Shown here: positions 40,417 to 51,932 of the stretch, piece after piece | Position numbering within the stretch: the stretch's first letter is position 1 | Layout of the letters: the number at the start of each line of letters is the position of its first letter | Source of the DNA: Candidatus Stammera capleta | GTDB lineage: Bacteria; Pseudomonadota; Gammaproteobacteria; Enterobacterales; Enterobacteriaceae | DNA length: 64,000 bases | Assembly (NCBI GenBank): GCA_015134695.1 | Contig: CP043987.1 | Span: 14,423-78,422 of the forward strand | Direction of reading: 5' to 3' | The notes under the pieces: generated by a model | The model's database searches: none | Told to the model about the DNA's origin: nothing | The model's input: only the letters and a program-made list of their open reading frames with translations | Translations under genes and position numbers: made by a program

Positions 40417-41616
40417 ATGTTTAAAAATAGAGATCATAGATTAATTAATAAAAAATTAAATTTATATCATATAAATGATATTTCTCCAGGAATGATATTT
40501 TGACACCAAAATGGATTTATAATTTTACAAAATATTAAAAAATTAATAAGAAAAAAAATATATAAATATAATTATAAAGAAGTAATAACACCTACTTTAA
40601 TTAATAAAAATATTTGAATAAAAAGTGGACATTGAAAAAATTATAAAAAATTTATTTTTTCTACAAATTTTAAAAAAAATGATTTATGTATTAAACCCAT
40701 GAATTGTTTAGGACATATTAATATATATAATTATAAAATTAGATCATACAAAAAATTACCAATTAGAATATTTGAATTTGGTATATGTTATAGGAATGAA
40801 AATTCAGGATCATTACATGGTTTAATAAGAACAAAATCTTTTACTCAAGATGATGCACATATATTTTGTAGTATATATCAAATAAATAAAGAAATATATA
40901 AATGTATAAATATGATATATGAAATATATAATACATTTAATTTTAAAAAAATATATATATATATTTCAACAAAACCAAAAAAATATATAGGAAATAAAAA
41001 AATATGAAATATAGCTGAAAAACAATTAAAACATGTTTTAAAAAAAAAAAAAATAAAATTTAAAGTAAAAAAATATGAAGGAGCTTTTTATGGGCCTAAA
41101 ATAGAATTTATATTAAAAGATTTTTTAGAAAGAAAATGACAATGTGGAACTATACAGTTAGATTATTTTTTATCAAAAAAATTAAATATTTTTTATATAG
41201 ATAAAAATAATAAAAAAAAAAATCCAATTATAATACATAGAGCAATATTAGGATCATTAGAAAGATTTATAGGAATATTAATAGAACAATATAATGGTAT
41301 ATTACCTATATGGTTATGTCCAATTAAAATAGTTGTAATAAATATTTCTATTAAACATATAAAATATTCTAAATATATACTTAAAAAATTAAAAAATAAA
41401 AATATACATTCTATTGGTGATTTTGAAAATAAAAAAATAAACTTTAAAATAAGAAAATATACTTTACAAAAAATACCTTACATGATAATATGCGGCGATA
41501 ATGAAATTTTAAATAAAAATATTAATGTAAGAAAACTAAAAAATAATAAATTATATAATATAAGTTTAAAAAAATTTATTAAAAATATTAAAAATAAAAT
41601 TAAAAAATTTAAATAA
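40417..41616 (+). CDS. thrS: Threonyl-tRNA synthetase, catalytic plus anticodon-binding domains only
   Basis: [33 protein letters not shown]... aligns from about residue 240 of E. coli ThrRS ([29 protein letters not shown]). KPMNCLGH and FTQDDAHIFC are present. 399 aa versus 642. Confidence 0.9.
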
Positions 41617-41626
41617 GGAAAAAATT

Positions 41627-42154
41627 ATTAAAATTAATAAAAAAAGAAATCTTAAAAACATACACAGAATAAATAAAGAAATAAAAAATTATAAAATTAA
41701 ATTAATAGATGATATAAATAAAAAAACTAATATTTTAAAAACAAAAGAAGCTTTAAATATAGCTAAAAAATTAAATTTAGATTTAGTAGAAATTAATTCT
41801 ACTATATATCCTCCTATATGCAAAATATTTAATTATGGTAAATATATATATAAAAAAAATAAAAGAAGTAAAAAAAAAAATAAACAATATATAAAAGAAA
41901 TAAAATTTAGACCAAATACTAGTAGTAATGATTATAGTATAAAAATAAATAATATTATTAAATTTATAAAAAAAAAATATAAAGTTAAAATTACAATATG
42001 ATTAAGAGGAAGAGAAATATTACATAAAAATATTGCAATTAATATGCTTAATAAAATACAAAAAAAATTAGAAAAAAATAGTAATTTATACTATATAATT
42101 AAAAAAATAGAAGGTAGAATAATTACTATGATTTTAACACCAAAAAAAAAATAA
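41627..42154 (+). CDS. infC: Translation initiation factor IF-3, non-AUG (AUU) start
   Basis: No ATG/GTG/TTG at the N-terminus. AAGGA (41615-41619) is followed by ATT ATT (41624 or 41627). HRINKEIKNYKIKLID...LDLVEIN...PPICKIFNYGKY...EIKFRP...GREILH... aligns with E. coli IF3, which also starts with AUU. Confidence 0.85.
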
Positions 42155-42156
42155 AT

Positions 42157-42354
42157 ATGATAAAAATAAAAACTATAAAAGCAATAAAAAAAAGAACAAT
42201 AAAAACATATTCTGGAAAATTTAAATATAAATCTTCTAATTTAAATCATATATTAACAAAAAAAAAAAGAAAAAGAAAAAGAAAATTAAAAAACAAAAAA
42301 ATAATTAATAAAAATAATATTAAAATAATTAAAAAAATAAATCCTTATTTATAA
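42157..42354 (+). CDS. rpmI: 50S ribosomal protein L35
   Basis: Intact 65-aa basic ORF MIKIKTIKAIKKR...HILTKK in the canonical infC-rpmI-rplT position. Confidence 0.9.
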   Translation: MIKIKTIKAIKKRTIKTYSGKFKYKSSNLNHILTKKKRKRKRKLKNKKIINKNNIKIIKKINPYL

Positions 42355-42366
42355 TAAATAAAATAT

Positions 42367-42720
42367 ATGATAAGAATAAAAAGAGGAGTGACCTCACATA
42401 AAAAACATAAAAAAATATTAAAATTAGCTAAAGGATATTATAGTTCTAGATCTAAAACATATAAATGTGCCAAACAATCAATAATAAAAGCTGGACAATA
42501 TTCTTATAGAGATAGAAAACAAAAAAAAAGAAATTTTAGAAAAATATGAATAATGCAAATTAATGCTAAAGTTAGAAAATACGGTATTACATATAATAAA
42601 TTTATAAATAAATTAAAAAAAATATCTTTAAATATAAATAGAAAAATACTTTCAGAAATTATAAATAAAGAAACTAAAAGTTTTAAAAAAATAATTTTAT
42701 TAATAAAAAAAATTAAATAA
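42367..42720 (+). CDS. rplT: 50S ribosomal protein L20
   Basis: [30 protein letters not shown]...[15 protein letters not shown](TGA)-IMQINA...; 117 aa. Confidence 0.95.
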
Positions 42721-42734
42721 TTTTATTATAATTT

Positions 42735-43712
42735 ATGTTTAAATATATTAAAAAATTTAATAAAGAAATTAAGAATATAAAAAATATTAAAGATATAAAA
42801 AAAATAAAAATAAAATATTTAAATAAAAATAAATATATTAAAAAATTAACAAAAATTATCAAAAATTATCCTAAAAAAAAAATACCTATTTTAGGTAAAA
42901 AAATAAATAATATAAAAAAATATATAATTAAAAAAATTAAATTATACGAAAAAAAAATATATATTAAAAATATTAAAAATAAAAATAATAATAATATTAA
43001 TTATATAGATATATCATTACCTGGTAAAATACCTATAATAGGAAATATACATCCAATTACATATATTTTAAATAAAATAGAAAATTTTTTTTTTGAATTA
43101 GGATTTAAATATATAGAAAATTATGAAATAGAAAATAAAAAATATAATTTTGACTTATTAAATATTAAAAAATATCATCCTTCAAGATCATTAAAAGACA
43201 CATTTTGAATTAAAAAAAATATTTTATTAAGAACACATACATCATCTATACAAATAAAATATATGAAAAAAAATAAACCTCCTATGAAAATAATAACTTC
43301 AGGATGTGTATTTAGAAAAGATGATGATAAAACTCATACTCCTATGTTTCATCAAGTAGATTGTTTTATTGTAGATAAAAATATAAATTTTTCTAATTTA
43401 AAATATTTAATTATAAAATTTATTTATTTTTTTTTTAAAAAAAATATAAAAATTAAGTTTATTCCATCTTATTTTCCTTTTACTGAACCTTCAGCAGAAG
43501 TATTTATAAAAAATAAAAATAAAGAATGATTAGAGATAATAGGATGTGGTTTAATACATCCAAAAATATTTAAAAATGTAAACATAAATAATAAAATATA
43601 TTCAGGTTTAGCATTAGGTATAGGAATAGAAAGATTAATAATGTTAAAATATAATATTAAAAATATAAAAACATTATATAAAAATGATATTAGATTATTA
43701 GAACAATTTTAA
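42735..43712 (+). CDS. pheS: Phenylalanyl-tRNA synthetase alpha subunit
   Basis: ORFs 42735-43208 and 43263-43529 are in the same frame. HPSRSLKDTF-W, TSGCVFRKDDDKTHTPMFHQVD, FPFTEPSAEV, C-terminal NDIRLLEQF*; 325 aa. Confidence 0.95.
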
Positions 43713-43725
43713 TTTTAGGATTAAA

Positions 43726-45978
43726 ATGAAATTTTATGAAATATGAATTAAAAAATACATTAAATATAATTTAAATATTAAAAATATAATAAATTTACTA
43801 AAAAAAAATGGATTTGAAATAAAATATATAAATTTATTAAAAAATAAAAATTATATATTTACAAAAATAATTATATATAAAAAAATATCTAATAAATTAT
43901 TTTATATAATTTTTTTTTATCTTAATAAAAAATATAAAATATATATAAAAAATATAAAAGAAAATATAATTAATAAATATATTATATTATTAAAAAATGA
44001 AATTAAAAATAAAATTTTAAATTACAAAAAAATACAATTTAATATTAATTATATATATATAATATATAAAGACAAAATAAATTTAAAAAATACTATCAAT
44101 TATATTAATAATAATAATTTATTCAAAATTAATATACCATTTGATAAAATATATTATAATAATTTATATTCTTTATCTAAAATAATATCATTATTAATAA
44201 AAAAAAATATATATATTAATAAAAATTATAATTTAAAAAATAAAAAAAATAGTTATAAACTAATTATTAATTATAATAATAAAAATATTGTAAATTATAA
44301 ATACTTAATTATAAAAAATATAAAAAATATATATAAAAAAATATATTTATGTAATAAATATTATTTAAAAAAATTGAAAATAAATATTAAAAATAATATT
44401 TTAGATATTTTAAATATAAATTTAATAAAATTTGGACAAAAAGTAATAATATTAGATTTTGATAAATTAAAAAAAAATAATAATATTAAAAATAAATATG
44501 ACATTATTATTAATAATAATTTATTATTATACCAAAATATAAAAAAATATTATATTAATAAATATACTAAAAATATAATTCTTTTATCTCCATTATTTAA
44601 ATATAAATATATACTAAAAAAAAATATTTTAAATAAAAAAAATATTTTAAATAAATATATAAATAATCAACATAATTTTATACAAAATTTATCTTTATAT
44701 AAAATTTCAAAAACTATTATAAAAAATTATAAAGGAAATATTATTTCTAATATTAAAATATTAAAAAATAAAAAATTAAAAATAAAAAATAAATTATTTT
44801 ATATAAATTATAAATATTTTAATAAAAAAATAGGTATTAAAATAAAAAAAAATAAAATTATAAATATAATCAAACAATTAGAATATAAAATAATTAAAAA
44901 AAATAAAAATAATTTATATATCAAAATACCAAAATGAAGAAAAGACATATTAATTATAGAAAATATAATTAAAGATATAATAAATATGTATGGTATAAAT
45001 AATATACCAATAAAAACATTTTTAACTAATATAAAAATTAATAAAAATAATAATAAAAAATTATATAATATAAATTATATTAAAAATATATTAATTAATA
45101 TAGGATACAAAGAAATAATTAATTTTCATTTAACTAATAAAAAAGAAGAATTTTATTTTATAAAAAAAAATATAAAAAATAATATTAAAATATATAATCC
45201 TATATCTAATAAAACAAATTTATTAAGAAAATATTTGATACCTAAAATATTAAATATATTAAAATATAATGTTTTAAGAAAACAAGAAATAATAAAATTA
45301 TTTGAATTAGGAAAATGTTATAAAATTAATAAAATAAATAATAAAATATATCAATATAATAAACTATCAATGATAATATATGGATATAAAAAAAAAGATT
45401 TATGATATTCTGAAAATAAATTATTTGATTTTTATGATATAAAAGGTGATTTGGAATATATTTTTATAAAACTTAAAAAATATAAATTTCTTAAAATAAA
45501 AAAATCAAATTATTCTTTTTTTGATAAAATGCAAAATGCAAATATATATTTTAAAAAAAAAAAAATTGGTTATATAGGAATGCTAAATAAAAAAATACAA
45601 AAAGTATATTATTTTAAATACCCAGTATTTTTTTTAGAAATTAAAGTTGAAAATAAAATATTTAAAAAATATAATAAAATAAATGAAATATCTAAATATA
45701 TAAATATTGTTAAAGATATTACTTTAACAATAGATCAAAATATATGTATATATAAAATAATTGATTTATGCTTATCAATAAATAAATATATAATTAAAAA
45801 AATTAATATAATCAAAATATATAAAAATAAAATTTTAAAAAATAATAAAAAAAAAAATATTACTTTAAGAATTAATATTCAAAATTATAAAAAAAATACA
45901 ACAAAAAAAGAAATTAATAATATTATTAATAAATGTAAAAACACATTAAAAAAAAAATTTAATGCCTTAATTGATTAA
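43726..45978 (+). CDS. pheT: Phenylalanyl-tRNA synthetase beta subunit
   Basis: AGGA upstream. MKFYEI-W(TGA)-IKKYI = E. coli MKFSELWLREWV. Track ORFs 44374-44937, 44986-45405 and 45451-45978 are all in this frame; 750 aa. Highly K/N/I-enriched. Confidence 0.8.
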
Positions 45979-45981
45979 TAA

Positions 45982-46284
45982 ATGAATTATAAAAAAAAAG
46001 ATATTATAAACTATATTAATAATAATACAAAAATAAAAAAAATACATATTAATAATATTATTAATATTTTATTTAAAAAAATTATTCATTATATTTTAAA
46101 AAAAAAAAATATAATTATAAAAAAATTTGGTAAATTTATTATAAAAAAAATAAATCCAAAAAAATTATTTAATTTAAATATTAAAAAATATTTTATAATT
46201 AATAATAAAAAAATAATTAAATTTATATTTAGTAAAAAATTTAAAAATAAAATACAAAAATTTAAATATTTATATAAAAAATAA
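45982..46284 (+). CDS. ihfA: HU/IHF-family DNA-binding protein, IHF alpha by position
   Basis: 100-aa ORF right after pheT, as in E. coli pheST-ihfA. KKFGKFIIKK...FNLN...KIIKFIFSKKFK follows the IHF/HU pattern (GFGNF...R.PKTG...V.F.PGK.LK). Confidence 0.6.
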   Translation: MNYKKKDIINYINNNTKIKKIHINNIINILFKKIIHYILKKKNIIIKKFGKFIIKKINPKKLFNLNIKKYFIINNKKIIKFIFSKKFKNKIQKFKYLYKK

Positions 46285-46422
46285 CAAAAATTAATTAATT
46301 TTTTTTTATAAATAAATAAAATATTATAATAAAATTATTTTATTATTAATAATATTTAAATATAATTTATATATAAATTTAAATTAAAATATAATAAAAA
46401 ATAAAATAAATTTAAATATAAT

Positions 46423-47088
46423 ATGAATAAAATAATAATAAAAAAAAAATATATTAAATATAATAATATTAATAAATTAACATTTATATATATAAAAAAA
46501 AAAAAAAATAAAAATAATAAAATTATTTTAATAATTAAAAAATTTTATAATACAAAAAAATATTTAAAAAATATAATTTTAAAATTAATAAATAATAATT
46601 TTAATATAATAATACCAAATTTATTAAAAAATATAAAAAATAATCCTAATTTAATAAAAGATAAATATATTATATATAATATAAATAAAATTATTTTATG
46701 ATTAAAAAAAAAAAAAAAAAAATCTAAAATAATAATAATAGGTATATATAATTTAAGTAGACTATCATGATTATATTCATATATATATTTTAAATATATA
46801 TATTGTACTATATCAATAGATAATAAATTAATTTATAAAATAAACAATAAACATCAAATAAGTCCTATAGATATAATTTTAGATATTAAAATACCATTTT
46901 TATGTATATACAATAAAAAAAAAGGTGATAAAAATTTAAAAAAAATAAAAAAAAAAATAAATAAAAATAAAAAAATTAATTTTATTATTTACAAAAATAA
47001 ATTAAATAAAAAAAAATATAATAATAATTTTTTTCTAAAATCAATAAAAAATATAATATTAAATTTTTTATATAAATGAATTAAATAA
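46423..47088 (+). CDS. Degenerate dienelactone-hydrolase-like (alpha/beta-fold) protein
   Basis: ORF 46423-46701 continues across TGA to TAA 47086-47088 (221 aa). [36 protein letters not shown] resembles the DLH N-terminus (PVIVIAQEIFGVNAFMRETVSWLVDQGYAAVCPDL). KIIIIGIYNLS sits where the nucleophile elbow GYCLGG would be. Contains an A19 run. Confidence 0.4.
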
Positions 47089-47136
47089 TATTTAATATTA
47101 TTTAAAAGTAAAAATATTTATAAAGGAATAAACATT

Positions 47137-47880
47137 ATGGAAAAATATTCATATAATTTTTATAATTCTACAAATAGTAATATAAAATTTTATATAAGTA
47201 AAGTTTATGCTTGAATGGCTTGTGGTTTATTAATTACATCATTTATATCATGATATATTACTAAAATACCTTTTATTTTAGAAATGATGTTTTTTAACAG
47301 AATATTTTTATTTACAATACTAATTTCACAAATAATAATAGTTTTTATATTATCTAATATGATAAATAAAATATCTGTTAATACAGCAATATTATTATTT
47401 ATAATATATTCTATATTAACAGGTATTTCTATATCAAGCTTATTTTTAATATATACATATTCTTCTATAACAATATCTTTTTTTGTTTGTAGTTTAATGT
47501 TTAGTTTAATGAGCATATGAGGTTATTATTCTAAATCAGATTTAACAAAAATAGGAAATATTTCTTTAATATTATTAATAGGTATGATAATATCAACTTT
47601 AATTAATAATATATTAAAAAGTAATTTAATAGTATGAATTACATCATATTTAGGTATATTATCATTTTGTATATTAATAGCATGAGATACACAAAAATTA
47701 AAAGAAATAGGATTAAATATTTTAAATAATAATGATAATAATAATGAACAATTAAAAAAATATTCTATTTTAGGAGCATTAATTTTATATTTAGATTTTA
47801 TTAATTTATATTTAATAATATTAAAATTAGCTGGGATAAAAAATAAAAATAATAATAATAAAAATAAAAATAAATATTAA
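47137..47880 (+). CDS. ybhL: BAX-inhibitor-1/YccA-family inner membrane protein (YbhL-like)
   Basis: AAAGGA upstream. KVYA-W-MACGLLITSFIS-W-YI...A-W-DTQKLK...KYSILGALILYLDFINLYLIILKL aligns with E. coli YbhL (QVYGWMTVGLL...AYDTQKLK...KYSILGALTLYLDFINLFLMLLRI); 247 aa. Confidence 0.8.
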
Positions 47881-47890
47881 AAAAAATATA

Positions 47891-47926
47891 TTTTCTTATA
47901 AGAAAAAATCTTTTCTTATAAGAAAA
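47891..47926. terminator. Two tandem copies of the perfect 16-nt palindrome TTTTCTTATAAGAAAA in the convergent ybhL/ppa spacer
   Basis: The copies lie at 47891-47906 and 47911-47926 (20-nt period), between the ybhL stop (47878-47880) and the ppa stop (47928-47930). Each can form an 8-bp-arm hairpin on either strand, flanked by A/T runs. Confidence 0.5.
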
Positions 47927-47927
47927 A

Positions 47928-48464
47928 TTATTTTAATTTATTAAATAATTTAATTGAATTAAATATTATTTTTTTAGCTTCATGTATATCATATCAATTA
48001 TCTATTCTAGTTCATTTATTATATTCCATATCTTTATAATGTTTAAAAAAATAAAATATTTTATCTAGTAAAATATTTGGTACATCACATATATCATTAT
48101 AATTATTATATTTATTAGTTATAGTATAATTGGGTACTGATAAAATTTTATAATCTTTACCAGATTCATCTTCCATTTTTAATACTCCTATAGGACGACA
48201 ATGAATTACTGAACCAATAAAAAAAGGAAACTCTGAAATAACCATTACATCAAGAGGATCATTATCTAAAGATAATGATTTATTAATATAACCATAATTA
48301 AATGGATATGAAATAGGATTTTTTATAAATCTATCTATTCAAATATTATTATACTTTTTATTTATTTCATATTTTATATTACATGTATTAAATGGTATTT
48401 CTATAATAACATATATATCATCAGGTATATTTTTTCCACTAGGAATATTAAAAAAATTATTCAT
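47928..48464 (-). CDS. ppa: Inorganic pyrophosphatase
   Basis: [24 protein letters not shown]...[23 protein letters not shown]...[16 protein letters not shown]...[13 protein letters not shown]-... aligns with E. coli PPase end to end; 178 aa. Confidence 0.95.
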
Positions 48465-48529
48465 ATATTCTCATTGATAATTTAAAAAAATTAATAATAT
48501 TTAAAATTCATAATATATTATAATATATT

Positions 48530-49867
48530 ATGAATAATAATTTAATAAAAAAATATAAAGAAAAAATAATTAAAATATTTAATAAAATTAAAAAAAATAC
48601 AAATAGCGATTTACAAATATTAACTAAAATAAAAAAAGAAAATAAAATAACAATTAAAAATCAAAAAATTAATAATATAGAATTTAATAAAAATATATAT
48701 ATAAATATAATAGTTTATTTTAAAAAGCATAAATATATAATTATATTAAATAATTTTAATAAAAAAAATATTAAAAAATGTATTAATTATATTAATAATA
48801 GTATTAAATATACTAAAAAAGATATATACAATATATTACCTAATAAAAAAAAATTTTTAAAAAAATATAAAAAAAATTTAGGTATATATTTTAATGAAAA
48901 TATTAATATCAATGATTCATTAAATATAATAAAAAATATAGAAAAAAATACTTTAAATATAAATAAAAATATATTTAGTGATGGAACTTCTTTTATAAAA
49001 AAAGAAAATATATATATAATATATAATAATTATAAACATTTTAAAATATATAGAAATAAAAAATATTTATTAATTCACAATATAATTATGAAAATAAAAG
49101 ATTTAATGGAATATGAATCAATTTATATTTATAAAAATAAACTATCAGATTTAATAAATAAATATCATTTTTTAAGTAAAAAAATAATAAATAAAATAAA
49201 ATTTAAATTTAATCAAAAAAAAATATTAACTCAAAATATACCAGTAATATTTAATAATGAAATAAGTACAGAAATATTTACGTATTTAATAAATTCAATA
49301 TATGGAAATAATATATATAATAAAATATCTTTTTTATACAAAAAATTAAATAAAAAAATATTACCAAAATGAATTAGTATTATAGAAGATCCTTTTTTTT
49401 ATAAAGGAATAGGTTCAAAACCATTTGACAATGAAGGTATGAATACAAAAAAATATTATGTTATTAAAAATGGTATTTTAAAAACATGAATATTAAATTC
49501 ATATTACTCTAGTAAATTAAATATTGAAAATACATGTAATGATGGAGGAATTCATAATTGAATATTTAAAAAAGAAAATAAAGAAATTAATTTTAAAAAA
49601 TTAATTAATATTATGAAAACAGGTATAATTATAGATAAACTATTAGGACAAGGAATAAATATAAATACAGGATTTTATTCTAAAGGAATATCAGGATTTT
49701 ATGTAGAAAATAAAAAAATTAAATTTTATATTAATGAAGCAACTATATCAGGAAATTTAAAATATTTATTTAAAAACATCATAAATATGAGTAATGATAT
49801 TAACCATAATTCAAAAATAAAATGTGGTTCAATTTTAATAAAAAAAATATTAGTTACTAGCAAATAA
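48530..49867 (+). CDS. pmbA: Metalloprotease PmbA (TldE)
   Basis: ORFs 48530-49372 and 49613-49867 are in the same frame across TGA codons. The C-terminus GFYVENKKIKFYINEATISGNLKYLFKNIINMSNDINHNSKIKCGSILI matches E. coli PmbA ([49 protein letters not shown]); 445 aa. Confidence 0.8.
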
Positions 49868-49872
49868 AACAT

Positions 49873-49900
49873 TACAATTATTTTTTTTAAAATAATTGTA
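49873..49900 (+). terminator. 12-bp-stem hairpin 6 nt after the pmbA stop
   Basis: TACAATTATTTT-TTTT-AAAATAATTGTA, a perfect inverted repeat. There is no clear downstream U tract, so terminator function is inferred only from position. Confidence 0.4.
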
Positions 49901-50087
49901 TAAATATCTAAAAAAAATAACTTATATATAATAATATTTTATAAAAAAACATAAAAAAAAATAAATTATTGTAAATAATATAATAATATTTCTCATAAAT
50001 ATTAATATATTTATATTAAAAATTATATTTTATAAAAAATATATATTATTTAAATAAATAAAATAAAAAAAATATTAATATATTATA

Positions 50088-51254
50088 TTATTTATATTTT
50101 TTTTTTAAAATTGATATTACAGGTAAATTTTTATCTTTTATATAATTTAAGAAAGCTCCTCCACCTGTAGATATATAAGATATATAATTTATTGCATTAA
50201 AAAATTCAATTGCAAATATTGTATCTCCTCCACCAGCAACTATAAAAGCTTTACTTTTTATTATAGAATCTATAATAATTTTAGTGCCTTTTCTAAAATT
50301 AGGAAACTCAAATACTCCAACAGGACCATTTCATAAAATTGTTTTAGCTTTAGAAATAATATTATAAAATAAAATAGAAGTTTTATCTCCAATATCCATA
50401 ATTTCTTCATTATTACTAATATTATTAACATTTTTAACATAAGATAAACTATTTTTAGAAAAATTTTTTCCAACTCTACAATCAATAGGAATAGGAATAT
50501 TATATTTATTACGCAATTTTTTAGCTAAATTTATATAAGAAGGTTCATATAAAGATTTTCCTACTTTATTATCTATTGATATAAATGTATTTGATATACC
50601 TCCTCCTACTATTAAAGTATCAGAAACCTTTGCTAAAGAATTTAAAAAACTAAATTTAGTAGATATCTTTGAACCTCCTACTATAGATACTAAAGGTCTT
50701 ATAGGATTTATAATAATTTTTGATAAATTTTTAATTTCAGAACAAAATAATAAACCAATACATGATAATTTAGCATATTTAATTATTCCATAAGTAGAAG
50801 AATGTTTTCTATGTGCAGTAGCAAAAGCATCCATTACAAAAATATCACAAAATTCCGCATATTTTTTTGATAATTTTAAATCATTATATATTTCTCCTTT
50901 ATTAAAACGAACATTTTCTAAAACTAAAATATCTTTTTTAGAATGAAAATCTATATTTTTTTTATGTAAATAATTTTTTATTAATAAAACATTTGTATTT
51001 AAAGATTTTTTAATATATTTAACTATAGGTAATAAAGAATATTTTTTATTATATTTACTATTAGTAGGTCGACCTAAATGAGAACAAATTATTACATATC
51101 CTCCTTTATTTAAAATATATTCAATAGTAGGTAAAGACAATTTTATACGTCTATCAGAAATTATTTTACCATTATTAATAGGTACATTTAAATCTAATCT
51201 AACTAAAACTTTTTTATTAAATAAATTTACATCTTTTATTGTTAAAATAGACAT
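50088..51254 (-). CDS. pgk: Phosphoglycerate kinase
   Basis: ORF 50331-51254 ([25 protein letters not shown]...) continues across TGA into [16 protein letters not shown]...VAGGGDT...STGGGAFL to TAA 50088-50090; 388 aa. Confidence 0.95.
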
Positions 51255-51330
51255 TTAAATACCTTTAAAATATAAATTAAAAAAAATTTTTTAAAAAAGC
51301 TATATTTTTAAAAAATAATATTTAAATAAC

Positions 51331-51858
51331 TTATTGATTTAAAATATTATAAATATTAATTATTAAATTACTAACTCAAATAGATATTCTTCTATTAGTA
51401 AATTCAGATTGATTATGTTCATCTATCATTAAACCAATAAAATAATTTTTATTAAATAAACTTTTTGAATAATTAAATTTATAATTATTAATAGGTCAAT
51501 AACCTATTATATAACCATTTTTTTTATATACTATATTATATAATTTATAAACAGAATTACAAAAACAATTACTATAATCTTTCTGATTACCACAACCAAA
51601 AAATGAAACAATTTTTTTATTAAAATTTATTTTTTTAAAACAACTTAAAAAATCATCTCAATCATATTGTAATTCACCTTGATATCAAGTTGAAGTACCT
51701 AATATTAATATATCATAATTTAAAAAATCATTTTTAGAACTTTCAGAAATATTTAAAATATCAACATTAAAATAATTATTAATTTTTTTTTTTATAATAA
51801 AAGCAATTCTTTTAGTAACACCAGTATCACTACCAAAAAATATTCCTATATTATACAT
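51331..51858 (-). CDS. fldA: Flavodoxin (long-chain, FldA type)
   Basis: Not in the track because of four in-frame TGA codons. MYNIGIFFGSDTGVTKRIA...YDILILGTST-W-YQGELQYD-W-DDF...FFGCGNQKDYSNCFC...GY-W-P...GLMIDEHNQSEFTNRRISI-W-V aligns with E. coli FldA along its whole length; 175 aa. Confidence 0.85.
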
Positions 51859-51932
51859 ATAACTCCAAAATTATATAAAATAAAATAAAATTAATTAAAA
51901 TATACTATTTAAAATATTATAATATAATTATT

